Below, piece after piece: positions 1 to 9,998 of a DNA stretch of 64,000 nucleotides. Within the stretch, counting starts at the first letter, position 1. Each line of letters opens with the position of its first letter. This DNA comes from Acidobacteriota bacterium. GTDB taxonomy: Bacteria > Acidobacteriota > UBA6911 > RPQK01 > JAJDTT01. Both the position numbers and the translations under genes were made by a program. The stretch is taken from the NCBI GenBank assembly GCA_965263035.1, contig OZ253580.1, positions 4,992,001-5,056,000 of the forward strand, in the 5' to 3' direction. Below the pieces are notes generated by a model, which had not been told where the DNA came from, searched no databases, and saw only the letters and a program-made list of their open reading frames with translations.

Positions 1-2061
1 GGAAGTCAGCCGGTCCCGGTTCCGGTGACGGTGAACGGGACCTTGGAGGGACCGGACCGGGACGTCTATCGGTTCCGGACCCGGGAAGGGGAGAGGGTCG
101 TGCTGGAGGTGGAGGGCCGCCGGGTCGCATCGGCTCTGGACCCCGTGCTTCTGGTCCTCGATTCCCAGGGGAAACAGGTGGCCAGAAACGATGACGCCCC
201 CGGAATCGGCGTCGATTCGCGTCTCGACCTTTCGCTGCCCGAGGGCGACTACTATGCGGTGGTTCACGACGCCCGGTTCAGCCGCCAGGACCGGAATTTC
301 TATCGGCTCAAGATCGGCGCCTTCGACTACACCGAAGGGGTCTTTCCCCTCGGTTGGCAAAGAGGCGACAGAGTCCGGGTCGAAATGGTGGGGGGGCATT
401 CCGCCGGTCCCCGGGAGATCCCTCTGGACCTGTCGGGAGTGGACCGGGAATTCGTGATGCTGCGGGTTCCGGGGACCCCGGGCGCGCTACCGTTGCCCTT
501 CGTGGTAGGCGACCTTCCCGAGCGTCTGGAGCTGGAAGACCAGTCTTTGGGAGTGCTGGAGCCCTCCACGGTGGTCAACGGGCGAATCTCGGCACCCGGC
601 GAAGTCGACCGCTACCGTCTCGACGTCTCGCCAGGAGAGGAATGGTCGGTTCATTTGGCTGGATCCCGGTTGGGCACGACCCGCCTCTTCGGCAGGGTCT
701 CGGTCCTGGATTCCCAGGGAAAACTCCTGGCCTCGGGAGGCGATCAGGTGCCCTTGAGGAACGACTCGTTCCGGACTCACGGGGATGTCAGCCGCGACCC
801 CCATCTGAGTTTCAAGGCCCCCGACGGGGCGCGAGAAGTGACCGTCACCGTGGAAGATCTGGTGGGCCGCGGCGGTCCGGACTACGCCTACCGGCTTTCG
901 GCTTGGCGGGGTTCGGCCGATTTCACCATTTCCTTGTTGACTCCGTACCTGAACGTCCCTCGAAACGGAACCGTATGGATCGAAGCCAGGATCGAAAGAC
1001 GGGGATATACCGGCGCCGTCCGGTTGGAGATCCCGGATGCGGGAGAGGATCTGCTGGTGGAGGGGGGTGACGTTCCCCCCGAGTTGGTGTCTCCCGAGAG
1101 TCCCTTCCGCTCCGCCCCCGGGATTCTGACCGTCACGGCCAAGAGCGGAGCGTCCCTGGGAGTACGCCGGATCTCGGTCCGGGGAACGGCCGTGTTGCCC
1201 GACGGCACCCGGATCGAACGTTGGGCCCGGGCGCCGGGTCTCGTCACCGAGGTGAAGCCCGGAACGGGTTTGCCGGAACCCTCCATGCGGATGCGTGAAG
1301 AGCCCTTTACGGCCCCCTGGTTGGGTCTTGGAGTGCCGGTGAACGTGAGCCCTGAGGTTCCCGTTCGCCTGGAATTGGCGGGAGTATCTTCGGAGCGCCT
1401 GCTGCCCGGCATGGATCAGCGTGTGACTTGGCGCATGGTGGCCGCCGATCCCGCGGTGACCCTGCCCCGGAAGCTCAAGACGAACAGGGCAGTAACCCGC
1501 GAACTGCGGATTCGGGCTGTCAAAGGCAGCGGCCAGGACGAACCGGGCACCGGCGCCATTGTCGTGGCCACCACCATGGGCACGGTCCATGGAAAGTTCA
1601 ACTTCCTGGCGGAGGGGGAAGTGGAGATCCGGGGACGCAAGCAGACGATCCGGAGCCGCGCCCTTACCTTCGATGTGGTGCAGGGCTACCACATCCGGGT
1701 CGAGGAAACGGGTCTGACGCTCCAGCCGGGGGGGAGCGGGTATTTTCGGGGCCGGGTCGAACGCGATCCACTTTTCGACCGGCCGGTGAACGTTCAACCC
1801 GAGAATTTCCCCAACGGCGTTCTGTGCGAGTCGGTTCAGGTGGGCCTGGATCAGGAGGAGTTTCAGATCCCTTGCACGGCCGGGCAATCGGTTCAGCCGG
1901 GTGAGTACGCTATGGAGTTGTCCTCGTCCTCCACTCTGGCGACCCGGACGGAAACGCAGGTCCCCTATCGGATTCCATCGGTGGCCACCCGTTTGATTGT
2001 CGCCGGCAAGGAGTCGCAGGAGGACGATACGGGCGTGGCTTCTCTCCGGACGAGGGAATGA
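1..2061 (+). CDS. PPC (pre-peptidase C-terminal) repeat protein, 5'-partial
   Basis: Frame is open from base 1. Repeated 'VNGTLE...D.YRF' / 'VNGRIS...D.YRL' PPC-like units and 'DPVL.VLD...ARNDD' motifs. First gene of a PPC-DUF1549/1553-DUF1501 cluster. Confidence 0.75.
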   Translation, partial: GSQPVPVPVTVNGTLEGPDRDVYRFRTREGERVVLEVEGRRVASALDPVLLVLDSQGKQVARNDDAPGIGVDSRLDLSLPEGDYYAVVHDARFSRQDRNFYRLKIGAFDYTEGVFPLGWQRGDRVRVEMVGGHSAGPREIPLDLSGVDREFVMLRVPGTPGALPLPFVVGDLPERLELEDQSLGVLEPSTVVNGRISAPGEVDRYRLDVSPGEEWSVHLAGSRLGTTRLFGRVSVLDSQGKLLASGGDQVPLRNDSFRTHGDVSRDPHLSFKAPDGAREVTVTVEDLVGRGGPDYAYRLSAWRGSADFTISLLTPYLNVPRNGTVWIEARIERRGYTGAVRLEIPDAGEDLLVEGGDVPPELVSPESPFRSAPGILTVTAKSGASLGVRRISVRGTAVLPDGTRIERWARAPGLVTEVKPGTGLPEPSMRMREEPFTAPWLGLGVPVNVSPEVPVRLELAGVSSERLLPGMDQRVTWRMVAADPAVTLPRKLKTNRAVTRELRIRAVKGSGQDEPGTGAIVVATTMGTVHGKFNFLAEGEVEIRGRKQTIRSRALTFDVVQGYHIRVEETGLTLQPGGSGYFRGRVERDPLFDRPVNVQPENFPNGVLCESVQVGLDQEEFQIPCTAGQSVQPGEYAMELSSSSTLATRTETQVPYRIPSVATRLIVAGKESQEDDTGVASLRTRE

Positions 2062-4574
2062 TGAATGGATTGGGGGCGTCTATGTTCACGGTACGCGTAT
2101 CGATGCAGTTGAACCCGAACAGGACGGTGTTGGCAGTCGTTTTCGGGGCAATAGCTATTGCGGCGGTGCTCGCCGCCGGGCCTCTCGTGGCAGCCGGCGA
2201 AGCCTTCCGTGAGATTCGGGTCGAGCCCTCTCCTCTGGTCTTTTCCGGCCCGGGTTCCGTTAGACGAATTCTGGTCACGGGGATCACGGTTTCGGGAGAA
2301 CGGCGGGACCTGACGGCGAAGGCCCGATATGAGGATTCGGCCGGTTTGGTGGAGGTTCAGGGCCAGGGCTTTCTACACCCCAGGGAGTCGGGAGAAACGA
2401 CGCTCCAGGTCACGGCCGAAGCACTCAGGGTGGACGTTCCCGTTCGGATCGAGCCGGCCCGGGAACGGCCGACCACCTTCCTGAAGGACGTCCTGCCGGT
2501 CATCAACAAGGTGGGTTGCACCCAGGGCGTCTGCCACGGCGCGGCCAAGGGGAAGAACGGCTTCAAGCTCTCGTTGCGGGGCTACGATCCCCGCTTCGAC
2601 TACCAGGCGCTCCTCTACGACATGTCGGGCCGCCGCTTCAATCGCGCCGATCCGGCCCGCAGCCTGATGCTGGCCAAGCCCGCCCAGCAGGTGGCCCATG
2701 GGGGCGGCCTGAGGCTGCAACCGGACTCCCCCTACTACGACACCCTCCTCCAATGGATCACCGACGGAGTGCCCTTCGGCGAAGAGTCGACGGATCGTGT
2801 CCGGCGGTTGGAGGTTCTTCCGGAAGAGGTCTTCCTGACCGCGCCCGGCCGGAAGCAGAGCGTGGTCGTGCTGGCTGAATATGAGGACGGCAGTCTCCGG
2901 GACGTCACCCGGGAAGCTCATCTCGGCAGCAGCAACACCGAGGCCATCGCCGTGACGGACCCAGCGGTGGTGGAGGGAGAGCGGGTCGGAGAAGGGGCCC
3001 TGCTGGTCCGTTACGAGGGAAAGTTCGTGACGGTCCCGGTCACGGTTCTGAATCCCAGCTCCGGTTTCGAGTGGCGGCCGCTGCCTCAGCACAACTACAT
3101 CGACCGCCTGGTGGACGGGAAGCTGGAGCGGATCCGGGTGCAGCCGTCGCTCCCGGCGTCCGGCAGCGATTTCCTGCGCCGTGTCTCTCTGGACCTGACG
3201 GGGCGGCTTCCCCGGCCCCAGGAGGTCCGCGCGTTTCTGGAGGATCCGGCCGATCCGAAGGAGAAACGCCGGGAGGCCATCGACCGGCTCATGGGCAGTG
3301 ACGCCTACGTCGACCACTGGACCCTGAAGTGGGGCGATCTCCTGCGCAACAACCGGAAGTTCCTGGGCCACAAGGGCATCTGGTCTTTCCGGGAATGGAT
3401 CCGGCAGTCGGTGGCCGAGAACAAGCCCTACGACCGGCTGGTCCGGGAACTGCTGGCCTCCAAGGGAAGCACGGTAGAGAACCCCGCCGTCAACTACTTC
3501 CGCGTGGCACGGACTCCCCAGGACGCCATGGAGACCACCACGCAACTGTTTCTGGGAGTCCGCATGGTCTGCGCCCAGTGTCACGACCATCCCTTCGAGA
3601 GATGGACCCAGGACCAGTACTTTCAGATGGCGGCCTTCTTTTCCGCCATCGGAATCCGGCCCGGGTTCAGAAGTGGAGAGGAGATCGTCTACGAGAAGCG
3701 CCAGGACACCCGGATGAAGCATCCTAAAGATGGACGGGTGATGGAGCCCAGGTATCTGGTTCCTGTCGAGGGAGCTCCCGCGCTGGAGGGTGAGGGTGAC
3801 CAGCGTCCGTCCCTGGTGGACTGGCTGACCTCCAAGGACAATCCCTTCTTTGCCCGGGCGGTGGCCAACCGAGTCTGGAGCTACTTCTTCGGCCGGGGCA
3901 TCATCGAACCGGTGGATGACATCCGGGCCTCCAATCCGGCGGTCAACGTTCCCCTGTTGGATGCCTTGGCGCAGGATCTGAAGGACCACCATTACGATCT
4001 TCAGCATCTCATGCGGACCATCGTCGAGTCCCGGACCTACCAGGCGTCGATCCGGACCAACTCCTGGAACGAGAACGACGGGATCAACTTCTCCCGCCGG
4101 ATTCCCCGGCGCCTGAGCGCGGAGCAGCTGGCCGACGCCATCTCCGCGGCGACGGGCTCGCGGGTCGAGTTCGAGACCGTTCCCGACGACTCCCGCGCGG
4201 CGCAATTGCCCGATCCCCACGTGGAGAACGGCGAGTTTCTGGACCTCTTCGGGCGGCCTCAGCGGGACCAGCCCTGCGAGTGCGAGCGCAGGAGCGACAT
4301 GAGCCTTTCCCAGGCGCTGAATCTGGTCAACGGCCCCACCGTGGGCAGGGCCGTGGCGGATCCCGAGGGGCGGATCGCGTCCCTGATTCTGGAAGGCGTT
4401 TCGGATCGCAAGTTGATCGAGGATCTCTACCTGTCCACCCTGAGCCGGCCGCCCACAGCTCCCGAATTCGCCTCGGCTGCGCATCTGTTCGAAGGGCGGG
4501 AGAGCCGGGCCGGAACGGCCCAGGATCTGCTCTGGGCGCTGCTGAACAGCAACGCCTTTCTGTTCAATCGGTGA
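2058..4574 (+). CDS. DUF1549/DUF1553 domain protein with Ig-like domains
   Basis: Motifs NYIDRLV, FLRRVSLDLTG, CAQCHDHPF (CxxCH), NPFFARAVANRVW, RRLSAEQ and C-terminal LLWALLNS..FLFN. The true start may be slightly downstream. Confidence 0.88.
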   Translation: MMNGLGASMFTVRVSMQLNPNRTVLAVVFGAIAIAAVLAAGPLVAAGEAFREIRVEPSPLVFSGPGSVRRILVTGITVSGERRDLTAKARYEDSAGLVEVQGQGFLHPRESGETTLQVTAEALRVDVPVRIEPARERPTTFLKDVLPVINKVGCTQGVCHGAAKGKNGFKLSLRGYDPRFDYQALLYDMSGRRFNRADPARSLMLAKPAQQVAHGGGLRLQPDSPYYDTLLQWITDGVPFGEESTDRVRRLEVLPEEVFLTAPGRKQSVVVLAEYEDGSLRDVTREAHLGSSNTEAIAVTDPAVVEGERVGEGALLVRYEGKFVTVPVTVLNPSSGFEWRPLPQHNYIDRLVDGKLERIRVQPSLPASGSDFLRRVSLDLTGRLPRPQEVRAFLEDPADPKEKRREAIDRLMGSDAYVDHWTLKWGDLLRNNRKFLGHKGIWSFREWIRQSVAENKPYDRLVRELLASKGSTVENPAVNYFRVARTPQDAMETTTQLFLGVRMVCAQCHDHPFERWTQDQYFQMAAFFSAIGIRPGFRSGEEIVYEKRQDTRMKHPKDGRVMEPRYLVPVEGAPALEGEGDQRPSLVDWLTSKDNPFFARAVANRVWSYFFGRGIIEPVDDIRASNPAVNVPLLDALAQDLKDHHYDLQHLMRTIVESRTYQASIRTNSWNENDGINFSRRIPRRLSAEQLADAISAATGSRVEFETVPDDSRAAQLPDPHVENGEFLDLFGRPQRDQPCECERRSDMSLSQALNLVNGPTVGRAVADPEGRIASLILEGVSDRKLIEDLYLSTLSRPPTAPEFASAAHLFEGRESRAGTAQDLLWALLNSNAFLFNR

Positions 4575-4679
4575 GTGGACGGGCGTGAGGTTGCAAGACG
4601 GGGTCCGAGAGTGGAGAATGGGCCGCAACGGCCGGTTCCCCACCGTCCGTCTGGCGGAAGTTTTTGAAGGAGGTATCGA

Positions 4680-6140
4680 ATGCTAGTCGTACCAGGTCAT
4701 CGCGCGTTTCTTTGTGACGGTCCGACGCGCCGGGAGTTTCTCAGGGTCGGCTCCATCGGCCTTTTCGGTCTCGGCCTTCCCAATTTCCTCTCCTGGCAGG
4801 CCGCCCAAGCCGCCTCCACGCCGTCGGTTGCCGGCGACCTGGTGGCCAGCAAAGGCTTCGGCTCCGCCAAGAGCGTGATCCTCCTCTTTCTCCAAGGCGG
4901 ACCCAGCCACATCGATATCTGGGATCCCAAGCCGGACGCCCCGGCCAACATTCGGGGCGAGTTCAAAGCCATCAAGAGCAAGGTCCCCGGAATCTGGCTC
5001 AGCGAGACCATGCCCAAGCTGGCCCAGCAGGTGGACAAGTGCACCTTGATCCGCTCCATGAGCTACACGCCCAAGGGACTGTTCAACCACACCGCGGCCA
5101 TCTACCAGATGCTGACCGGATATCCACCTGATCGGGTCTCGCCGTCGGGACAGTTGGAACCCCCGTCGCCTGCCGATTTCCCTACGGCGGGATCGCACAT
5201 CTCCAAGATGCTTCCTCTCGACGATCCGGTGCTGCCTTTCGTGGAGATGCCGCGACCGCTGCAGGAATCCAACGTGGTGGGGAAGGGAGGGGCCGCCGGG
5301 TTCCTGGGCAAGGCCTACGATCCCTATCGGCTCTATCAGGATCCCAACAAGCCGATCCGGCTGGAGGACCTGTCGTTGCGCCAGGAAGTCCCGCCCCAGC
5401 GGTTGAAGGACCGCTTCGCCCTGCTGAAGGGGATCAACAAGTCCATGCCCGATCTGGAGAAGGCCGTGGGCCAGTACGCGGTCGACGAGTACTACGAGCG
5501 GGCCTACGACCTGGTCCTCTCGGGCAAGGCCCGGGCCGCCTTCGACCTGGAGCAGGAGCCGGTCGCCGTGCGGGAGCGCTATGGGCGCACCACCTTCGGA
5601 CAGGGAGCGCTGATGGCCCGCCGCCTGGTGGAGGCCGGAACCCGCTTCGTTCAGCTCAACTGGCCTTCCGTGGCCAACGGGAACCCGGAAACCACGGCCT
5701 GGGACACCCACGCCGCCAATTTCGGTCCCCTGAAGAACCTGCATTGTCCGGTTCTGGATCAGGCTCTATCCGCGCTTCTGGAGGATATGGACGACCGGGG
5801 GTTGCTGGAGGAGACTCTGGTGGTGACGGTGGGAGAGTTCGGCCGATCGCCTCGGCTGGGCGTGAGCACCTCGGGGAACACCAACTCTCCCGACGGCCGG
5901 GATCACTGGCCCTACTGCTACACGGCGCTGGTGGCGGGCGCAGGCATCGCTCGCGGGGCACTCTACGGAGAGTCGGACGAGACCGGATCCTCACCCAGGG
6001 AGAAGCCGGTGCATCCCAACGATCTGCTGGCCAGCGTCTACTTCAGCCTGGGCATCGATCCGCACATGGAGGTCCTCAACCACCTGGATCAGCCTCGTGA
6101 GCTGGTGAAGGGGACCCCCTTGCTGGATCTGTGGGGGTAG
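4680..6140 (+). CDS. DUF1501 domain protein
   Basis: TRREFL Tat-like start, [53 protein letters not shown] upstream. Confidence 0.92.
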   Translation: MLVVPGHRAFLCDGPTRREFLRVGSIGLFGLGLPNFLSWQAAQAASTPSVAGDLVASKGFGSAKSVILLFLQGGPSHIDIWDPKPDAPANIRGEFKAIKSKVPGIWLSETMPKLAQQVDKCTLIRSMSYTPKGLFNHTAAIYQMLTGYPPDRVSPSGQLEPPSPADFPTAGSHISKMLPLDDPVLPFVEMPRPLQESNVVGKGGAAGFLGKAYDPYRLYQDPNKPIRLEDLSLRQEVPPQRLKDRFALLKGINKSMPDLEKAVGQYAVDEYYERAYDLVLSGKARAAFDLEQEPVAVRERYGRTTFGQGALMARRLVEAGTRFVQLNWPSVANGNPETTAWDTHAANFGPLKNLHCPVLDQALSALLEDMDDRGLLEETLVVTVGEFGRSPRLGVSTSGNTNSPDGRDHWPYCYTALVAGAGIARGALYGESDETGSSPREKPVHPNDLLASVYFSLGIDPHMEVLNHLDQPRELVKGTPLLDLWG

Positions 6141-6215
6141 TTCCACCGGAATCGGTTGGACGAAAGGAATTTCGGCGCCGGACAACCCGCGGCGGGTCGT
6201 ATCCCGCATGTGTGC

Positions 6216-6337
6216 CTACCCGTCGAATCCGCACCACTCCAGGATGGTCAGCGCGTAGATCGTGAGTCCTTCCACGATCTGATCCAGTTTCAGATACTCG
6301 TCGTAGCAGTGGACCCGGCGGTAGTCCGCCGCCCCCA
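6216..6337 (-). pseudogene. Displaced duplicate of the 3' end of the M20 deacylase gene (copy of 8615-8731)
   Basis: 6221-6337 matches 8615-8731 with 6 mismatches in 117 bp. Reads GAADYRRVHCYDEYLKLDQIVEGLTIYALTILEWCGFDG* on the minus strand. Confidence 0.9.
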
Positions 6338-6456
6338 GCTCGGTCGGGACCGGCTGCGCAAATTACATCCCTGCCGATGCAAGGCACGCGCTCCGATGCA
6401 CCGGCTCGGAGCCGCGCCATCCTGTACGTCGCCGAGGGATGCACGTGGCGGGTTAA

Positions 6457-6618
6457 CAGTCCGTGGTGAAAGTCCCGCGTAAGCACCGAGACCGGGGCTG
6501 CGCCCGCCGGACAAGGCGCGGTGAGGGAGCATATTCGACCCTATGTGACCGAGGCGCAACGCAGTCCGCGCACGATGCAGGGACGGTCGAATGCCGCGAC
6601 GACTTTTGCCACGGGCTG
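6457..6618. mobile_element. MITE family A, copy 1
   Basis: Imperfect 18-bp TIRs (CAGTCCGTGGTGAAAGTC / GACTTTTGCCACGGGCTG) with TTAA on both flanks. Related copies at 29864-30023 and 53857-54014. Confidence 0.85.
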
Positions 6619-8175
6619 TTAACGGACCCTGCCCGCGGTGCTCGCGCGCAGGCCCTTCCAGGTGCTGTAGCACATGGCGACCAGCACCAGCGCGAAGGGG
6701 AGAGCGGCGGCGAGCGTGGCCGCCTGCGCCGCCACAAGGCCGCCGCCGAGCAGCAGCGCGATGGCGGTCAGCCCCTCGAAGACGCACCAGAACACGCGCT
6801 GGGCAACCGGCGCATCCAGCTTGCCGCCGGCGGTGATGGTGTCGATGACCAGTGATCCGGAGTCGGAGGAGGTGACGAAGAACACCACCACCAGCACGAG
6901 GCCGATGAACGAGGTGACGGTCGCAAGTGGCAGCGTCTCCAGCAGCGCGAACAGGGCGATCTCCGGCTGCTGCGCCTGCACCGCCGCGATCACGGCGGGA
7001 TGGCCGCGGTCGACGTACTGCGACACCGCGGTCCCGCCGAAGGCATTCATCCAGATCGTGGCAGTCAGCGTCGGGATGACCATCATGCAGGCGACCAGTT
7101 CGCGCACCGTCCGGCCACGCGAGACCCGGGCGATGAACAGGCCGACGAAGGGGGACCACGAGAGCCACCAGGCCCAGAAGAAGGTCGTCCAGCCGTGCAT
7201 GAAGTCGAGATCCTCGCGTCCTACCCAGTTGCTGAGCGGTCCGATCGATGCGAGATACTGGCCGAGGCTGGTGACGGCGCCGGTGGCGATGGCGCGCGTC
7301 GGCCCGACCGTCAGCACGAAAACCAGCAGCAACAGGGCCAGTAGCAGGTTGGCCTCGCTCAGCCGCTTGACCCCCTTCTCCATGCCGCTGATAACCGACG
7401 CCAGCGCCATGCCGGTGATACCGACGATCAGCAATACCTGGGTGGTGTCGGTCGCCGGCGTGCCCCACAGGCGGGCCAGCCCCGCCGCCAACTGCTCGGC
7501 GCCCAGGCCGAGCGATGTGGCCAGCCCAAAGAGCGTGGCGAAGACGGCAAGGGTGTCGAGGCCGTGGCCGAACCAGCCCCACACGGCCTTCCCCATGAGC
7601 GGATAGAACGCCGACCGCAGCGCCAGCGGCAGGCCGAGGTTATACGACGCGAAGGCGATCGCCACCGCCACCACCGCGTACATGGCCCATCCATGGATTC
7701 CCCAGTGGTAGATGGCGCTGGCCATGCCGAGGCGCGCCGCCGCCGCCGTGTCGGCCGCATCGAGACCGAGCGGCGGTTGCAGGAAATGCTCCACCGGTTC
7801 CGCCACCCCGAAGAACATCAGGCCGATGCCCGTCCCGGCGGCGAACAGCATGGCGAACCAGGTCGATCGGGAGTAGTCCGGCCGGGCATCCGCGCCGCCC
7901 AGGCGCACACGGCCAGGCGGGGTCACCAGCAATAGCAGGCAGAAGAGCACGAAGAGGTTGCCCGCGCCCATCAACACCCAGTCGAAGGTCGACATGAGCC
8001 ACGCGCGCAGCGCCCCGAAGGCGACCGCCGCCTCAGCCTGGAACGCCAGCACCCCGGCGACGAATACGATGATGGTGACGCTGGAGACGACGAAAACCGG
8101 ATTATGGATGTCGAGGCCGAAGAACTGGACGTTGTCCCGACCCAGCTTGTAGTCGATCTCCGAGATCTCAGCCAT
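6619..8175 (-). CDS. BCCT family (betaine/carnitine/choline) transporter
   Basis: WFAMLFAAGTGIGLMFFGVAEP, HWGIHGWA.Y, WTTFFWAWWLSWSPFVGLFIARVSRGRT, FFVTSSDSG signatures. Confidence 0.95.
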   Translation of the reverse strand: MAEISEIDYKLGRDNVQFFGLDIHNPVFVVSSVTIIVFVAGVLAFQAEAAVAFGALRAWLMSTFDWVLMGAGNLFVLFCLLLLVTPPGRVRLGGADARPDYSRSTWFAMLFAAGTGIGLMFFGVAEPVEHFLQPPLGLDAADTAAAARLGMASAIYHWGIHGWAMYAVVAVAIAFASYNLGLPLALRSAFYPLMGKAVWGWFGHGLDTLAVFATLFGLATSLGLGAEQLAAGLARLWGTPATDTTQVLLIVGITGMALASVISGMEKGVKRLSEANLLLALLLLVFVLTVGPTRAIATGAVTSLGQYLASIGPLSNWVGREDLDFMHGWTTFFWAWWLSWSPFVGLFIARVSRGRTVRELVACMMVIPTLTATIWMNAFGGTAVSQYVDRGHPAVIAAVQAQQPEIALFALLETLPLATVTSFIGLVLVVVFFVTSSDSGSLVIDTITAGGKLDAPVAQRVFWCVFEGLTAIALLLGGGLVAAQAATLAAALPFALVLVAMCYSTWKGLRASTAGRVR

Positions 8176-8373
8176 GGGGTTTCTTCAGCGGTGTTGCAGC
8201 ACCGCCGTTCCACCGCCACCACGGCGGTAAACAGCGGGGCAATGACGTGCGGCGTGCACGTCTGATACTGCCGCTGGCCAAAGGTCGGTCATTCTTCGCG
8301 AGCCGGGAAGCTTCGGCGAATACTAGGGTGCACAACCGCTCCTTGGTGCAACCTGCCGGCAGTGTTTATCATT

Positions 8374-8536
8374 AGGAGTCTGCGCGGTAGAAATGATCGT
8401 AGCGAGAAAGTGGGGAATCGAGGCCAGATTTTCTCGATTTTGAGGTGCATAGTTGTTCTATTCGCCGAGAAATCGGGGAAATATGGACCGATTCTACCGC
8501 TTTCGCAGTAGATCAATTTCTGCGGCGCAGGCTCCT
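8374..8536. mobile_element. MITE family B, copy 1
   Basis: 163-bp AT-richer element with imperfect TIRs AGGAGTCTGCGCGGTAGAAAT / ATTTCTGCGGCGCAGGCTCCT. Near-identical copy at 12249-12411. Confidence 0.85.
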
Positions 8537-8588
8537 TGGTGAAGCTGGAAGGATTGCGCGTGGCCACGACCGGACGAGTCGCTGCCGG

Positions 8589-9977
8589 CTAACAGCTTGG
8601 TACAGCACTCTGCGCGTCGAATTCGCACCACTCCAGGATGGTCAGCGCGTAGATCGTGAGTCCTTCCACGATCTGATCCAGCTCCAGATACTCGTCGTAG
8701 CAGTGGGCCCGGCGGTAGTCCCCCGGCCCCATGAGCAGTGAGGGCACCCCGCATTCCTGGTAGAAGCGGGCGTCGCTCACCGGCTGCCAGGTCATGTAGC
8801 GCGGTTCCTGCCCCAGCGCGGTTTCGTACGCACGGCCGGCGGCGGTGACCAACGGGTGGTCCTGCTCGATCCGAAACGGCGGCCAGTCCAGACGCCATTG
8901 CACGTCGGGAGGATGCTCCCGGAGCCAGGGGTCCATCTGGCAGATGGCCTGAATCCGGTCGTCGACTTCCTTCCGGACGCGCTCGTAACTGTCCTGCGGG
9001 TCCCGCCACACGGCGGCTCCCAACTCGCAGTGATCCGCCACGAAGAAGGGGATCTCGATCCCCTTGGGATGGCCGTGGATCCAGGCCGTGATGATGGACG
9101 GGTACCCCATGGGGGTGAGGCCCCGCGGGTCGAGCTTGCTGGCAGCCCACTCCTCGTCCAGCTCGGCCAGGCCCCGGTAGATCTTCAGGGCCTTGCCGAT
9201 GGCGTCCATGCCCACGTCTCCCCCTTCGTAGCCCATGCGGTAGGTGCGGTACCCCATGGCGGCGTGAACCGGTTTACCCGTGACCTCGATGTGCAGCCAT
9301 GAGGCCCCGCCGGAAGCCAGGCAGATACCGTGGCGGTGAGGCGGCGCCGACGATTCACACACCAGGCAGGCGTCGGTGACGCAACGGGGGTTCCGGGGAA
9401 GGAAATATCCCGGGCCGTGCGTCTTCCCGTCCATGGTCTCCTCGCCCACCGTGGCGTGAAGCTGCAGCTCGCCCCGGAGACGAAAACCGGCCCGCTGGAT
9501 CACCTCCACGGCCTTGATCATGCAGGCCAGGGGACCCTTGTCATCGGTGGAACCGCGGCCCCAGAGCTTCCCTTCTTCGAGACGCGCGCTGAACGGATCT
9601 CCCCAGCGCCACTCCTCGTGGGGGCCGGTGGGGACGGTGTCGGTGTGGGCGTTGAGCGCCAGGGACCGACCACCGCCGCTGCCGGGGAGAATACCGATGA
9701 GGTTGGGCCGAAGCGGTTCCTTGGCCTCCATGAAGGTCTCCGCGCCCAGTGTGGAAAAGACCGGCTGCAGGTGCTCGGCCACCTTCTTCTCGCCGCCGAG
9801 GGTCACGGGAGCGTCGTACAGCTTGGTGTAACCCCGCTCCTGGTAGATCTTGGCGTAGGCGTAATTGGGGCTCTCGCTGGGAATCCGCACCAGCTCCCGG
9901 ATGAGTTGGACGGTCTCGTCGTAGAGCCCCTCGGCGGCAGCGGAGACTCGCGCGTGGACCTCTGGGTCGATGCTCAT
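8589..9977 (-). CDS. M20/ArgE/DapE family metallo-deacylase
   Basis: LALNAHTDTVP, GRGSTDDKG, VGEE and HCYDEY metal-binding motifs. Confidence 0.9.
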   Translation of the reverse strand: MSIDPEVHARVSAAAEGLYDETVQLIRELVRIPSESPNYAYAKIYQERGYTKLYDAPVTLGGEKKVAEHLQPVFSTLGAETFMEAKEPLRPNLIGILPGSGGGRSLALNAHTDTVPTGPHEEWRWGDPFSARLEEGKLWGRGSTDDKGPLACMIKAVEVIQRAGFRLRGELQLHATVGEETMDGKTHGPGYFLPRNPRCVTDACLVCESSAPPHRHGICLASGGASWLHIEVTGKPVHAAMGYRTYRMGYEGGDVGMDAIGKALKIYRGLAELDEEWAASKLDPRGLTPMGYPSIITAWIHGHPKGIEIPFFVADHCELGAAVWRDPQDSYERVRKEVDDRIQAICQMDPWLREHPPDVQWRLDWPPFRIEQDHPLVTAAGRAYETALGQEPRYMTWQPVSDARFYQECGVPSLLMGPGDYRRAHCYDEYLELDQIVEGLTIYALTILEWCEFDAQSAVPSC

Positions 9978-9998
9978 TTCGCGCTCCTGTCAGGAGTT

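Noticed and set aside
6221-8731. 117-bp repeat pair as a DGR template/variable repeat
   Set aside because: The 6 mismatches are not adenine-specific on either strand (two are C/G changes), the target is an M20 enzyme, and the only RT is a group II intron type.
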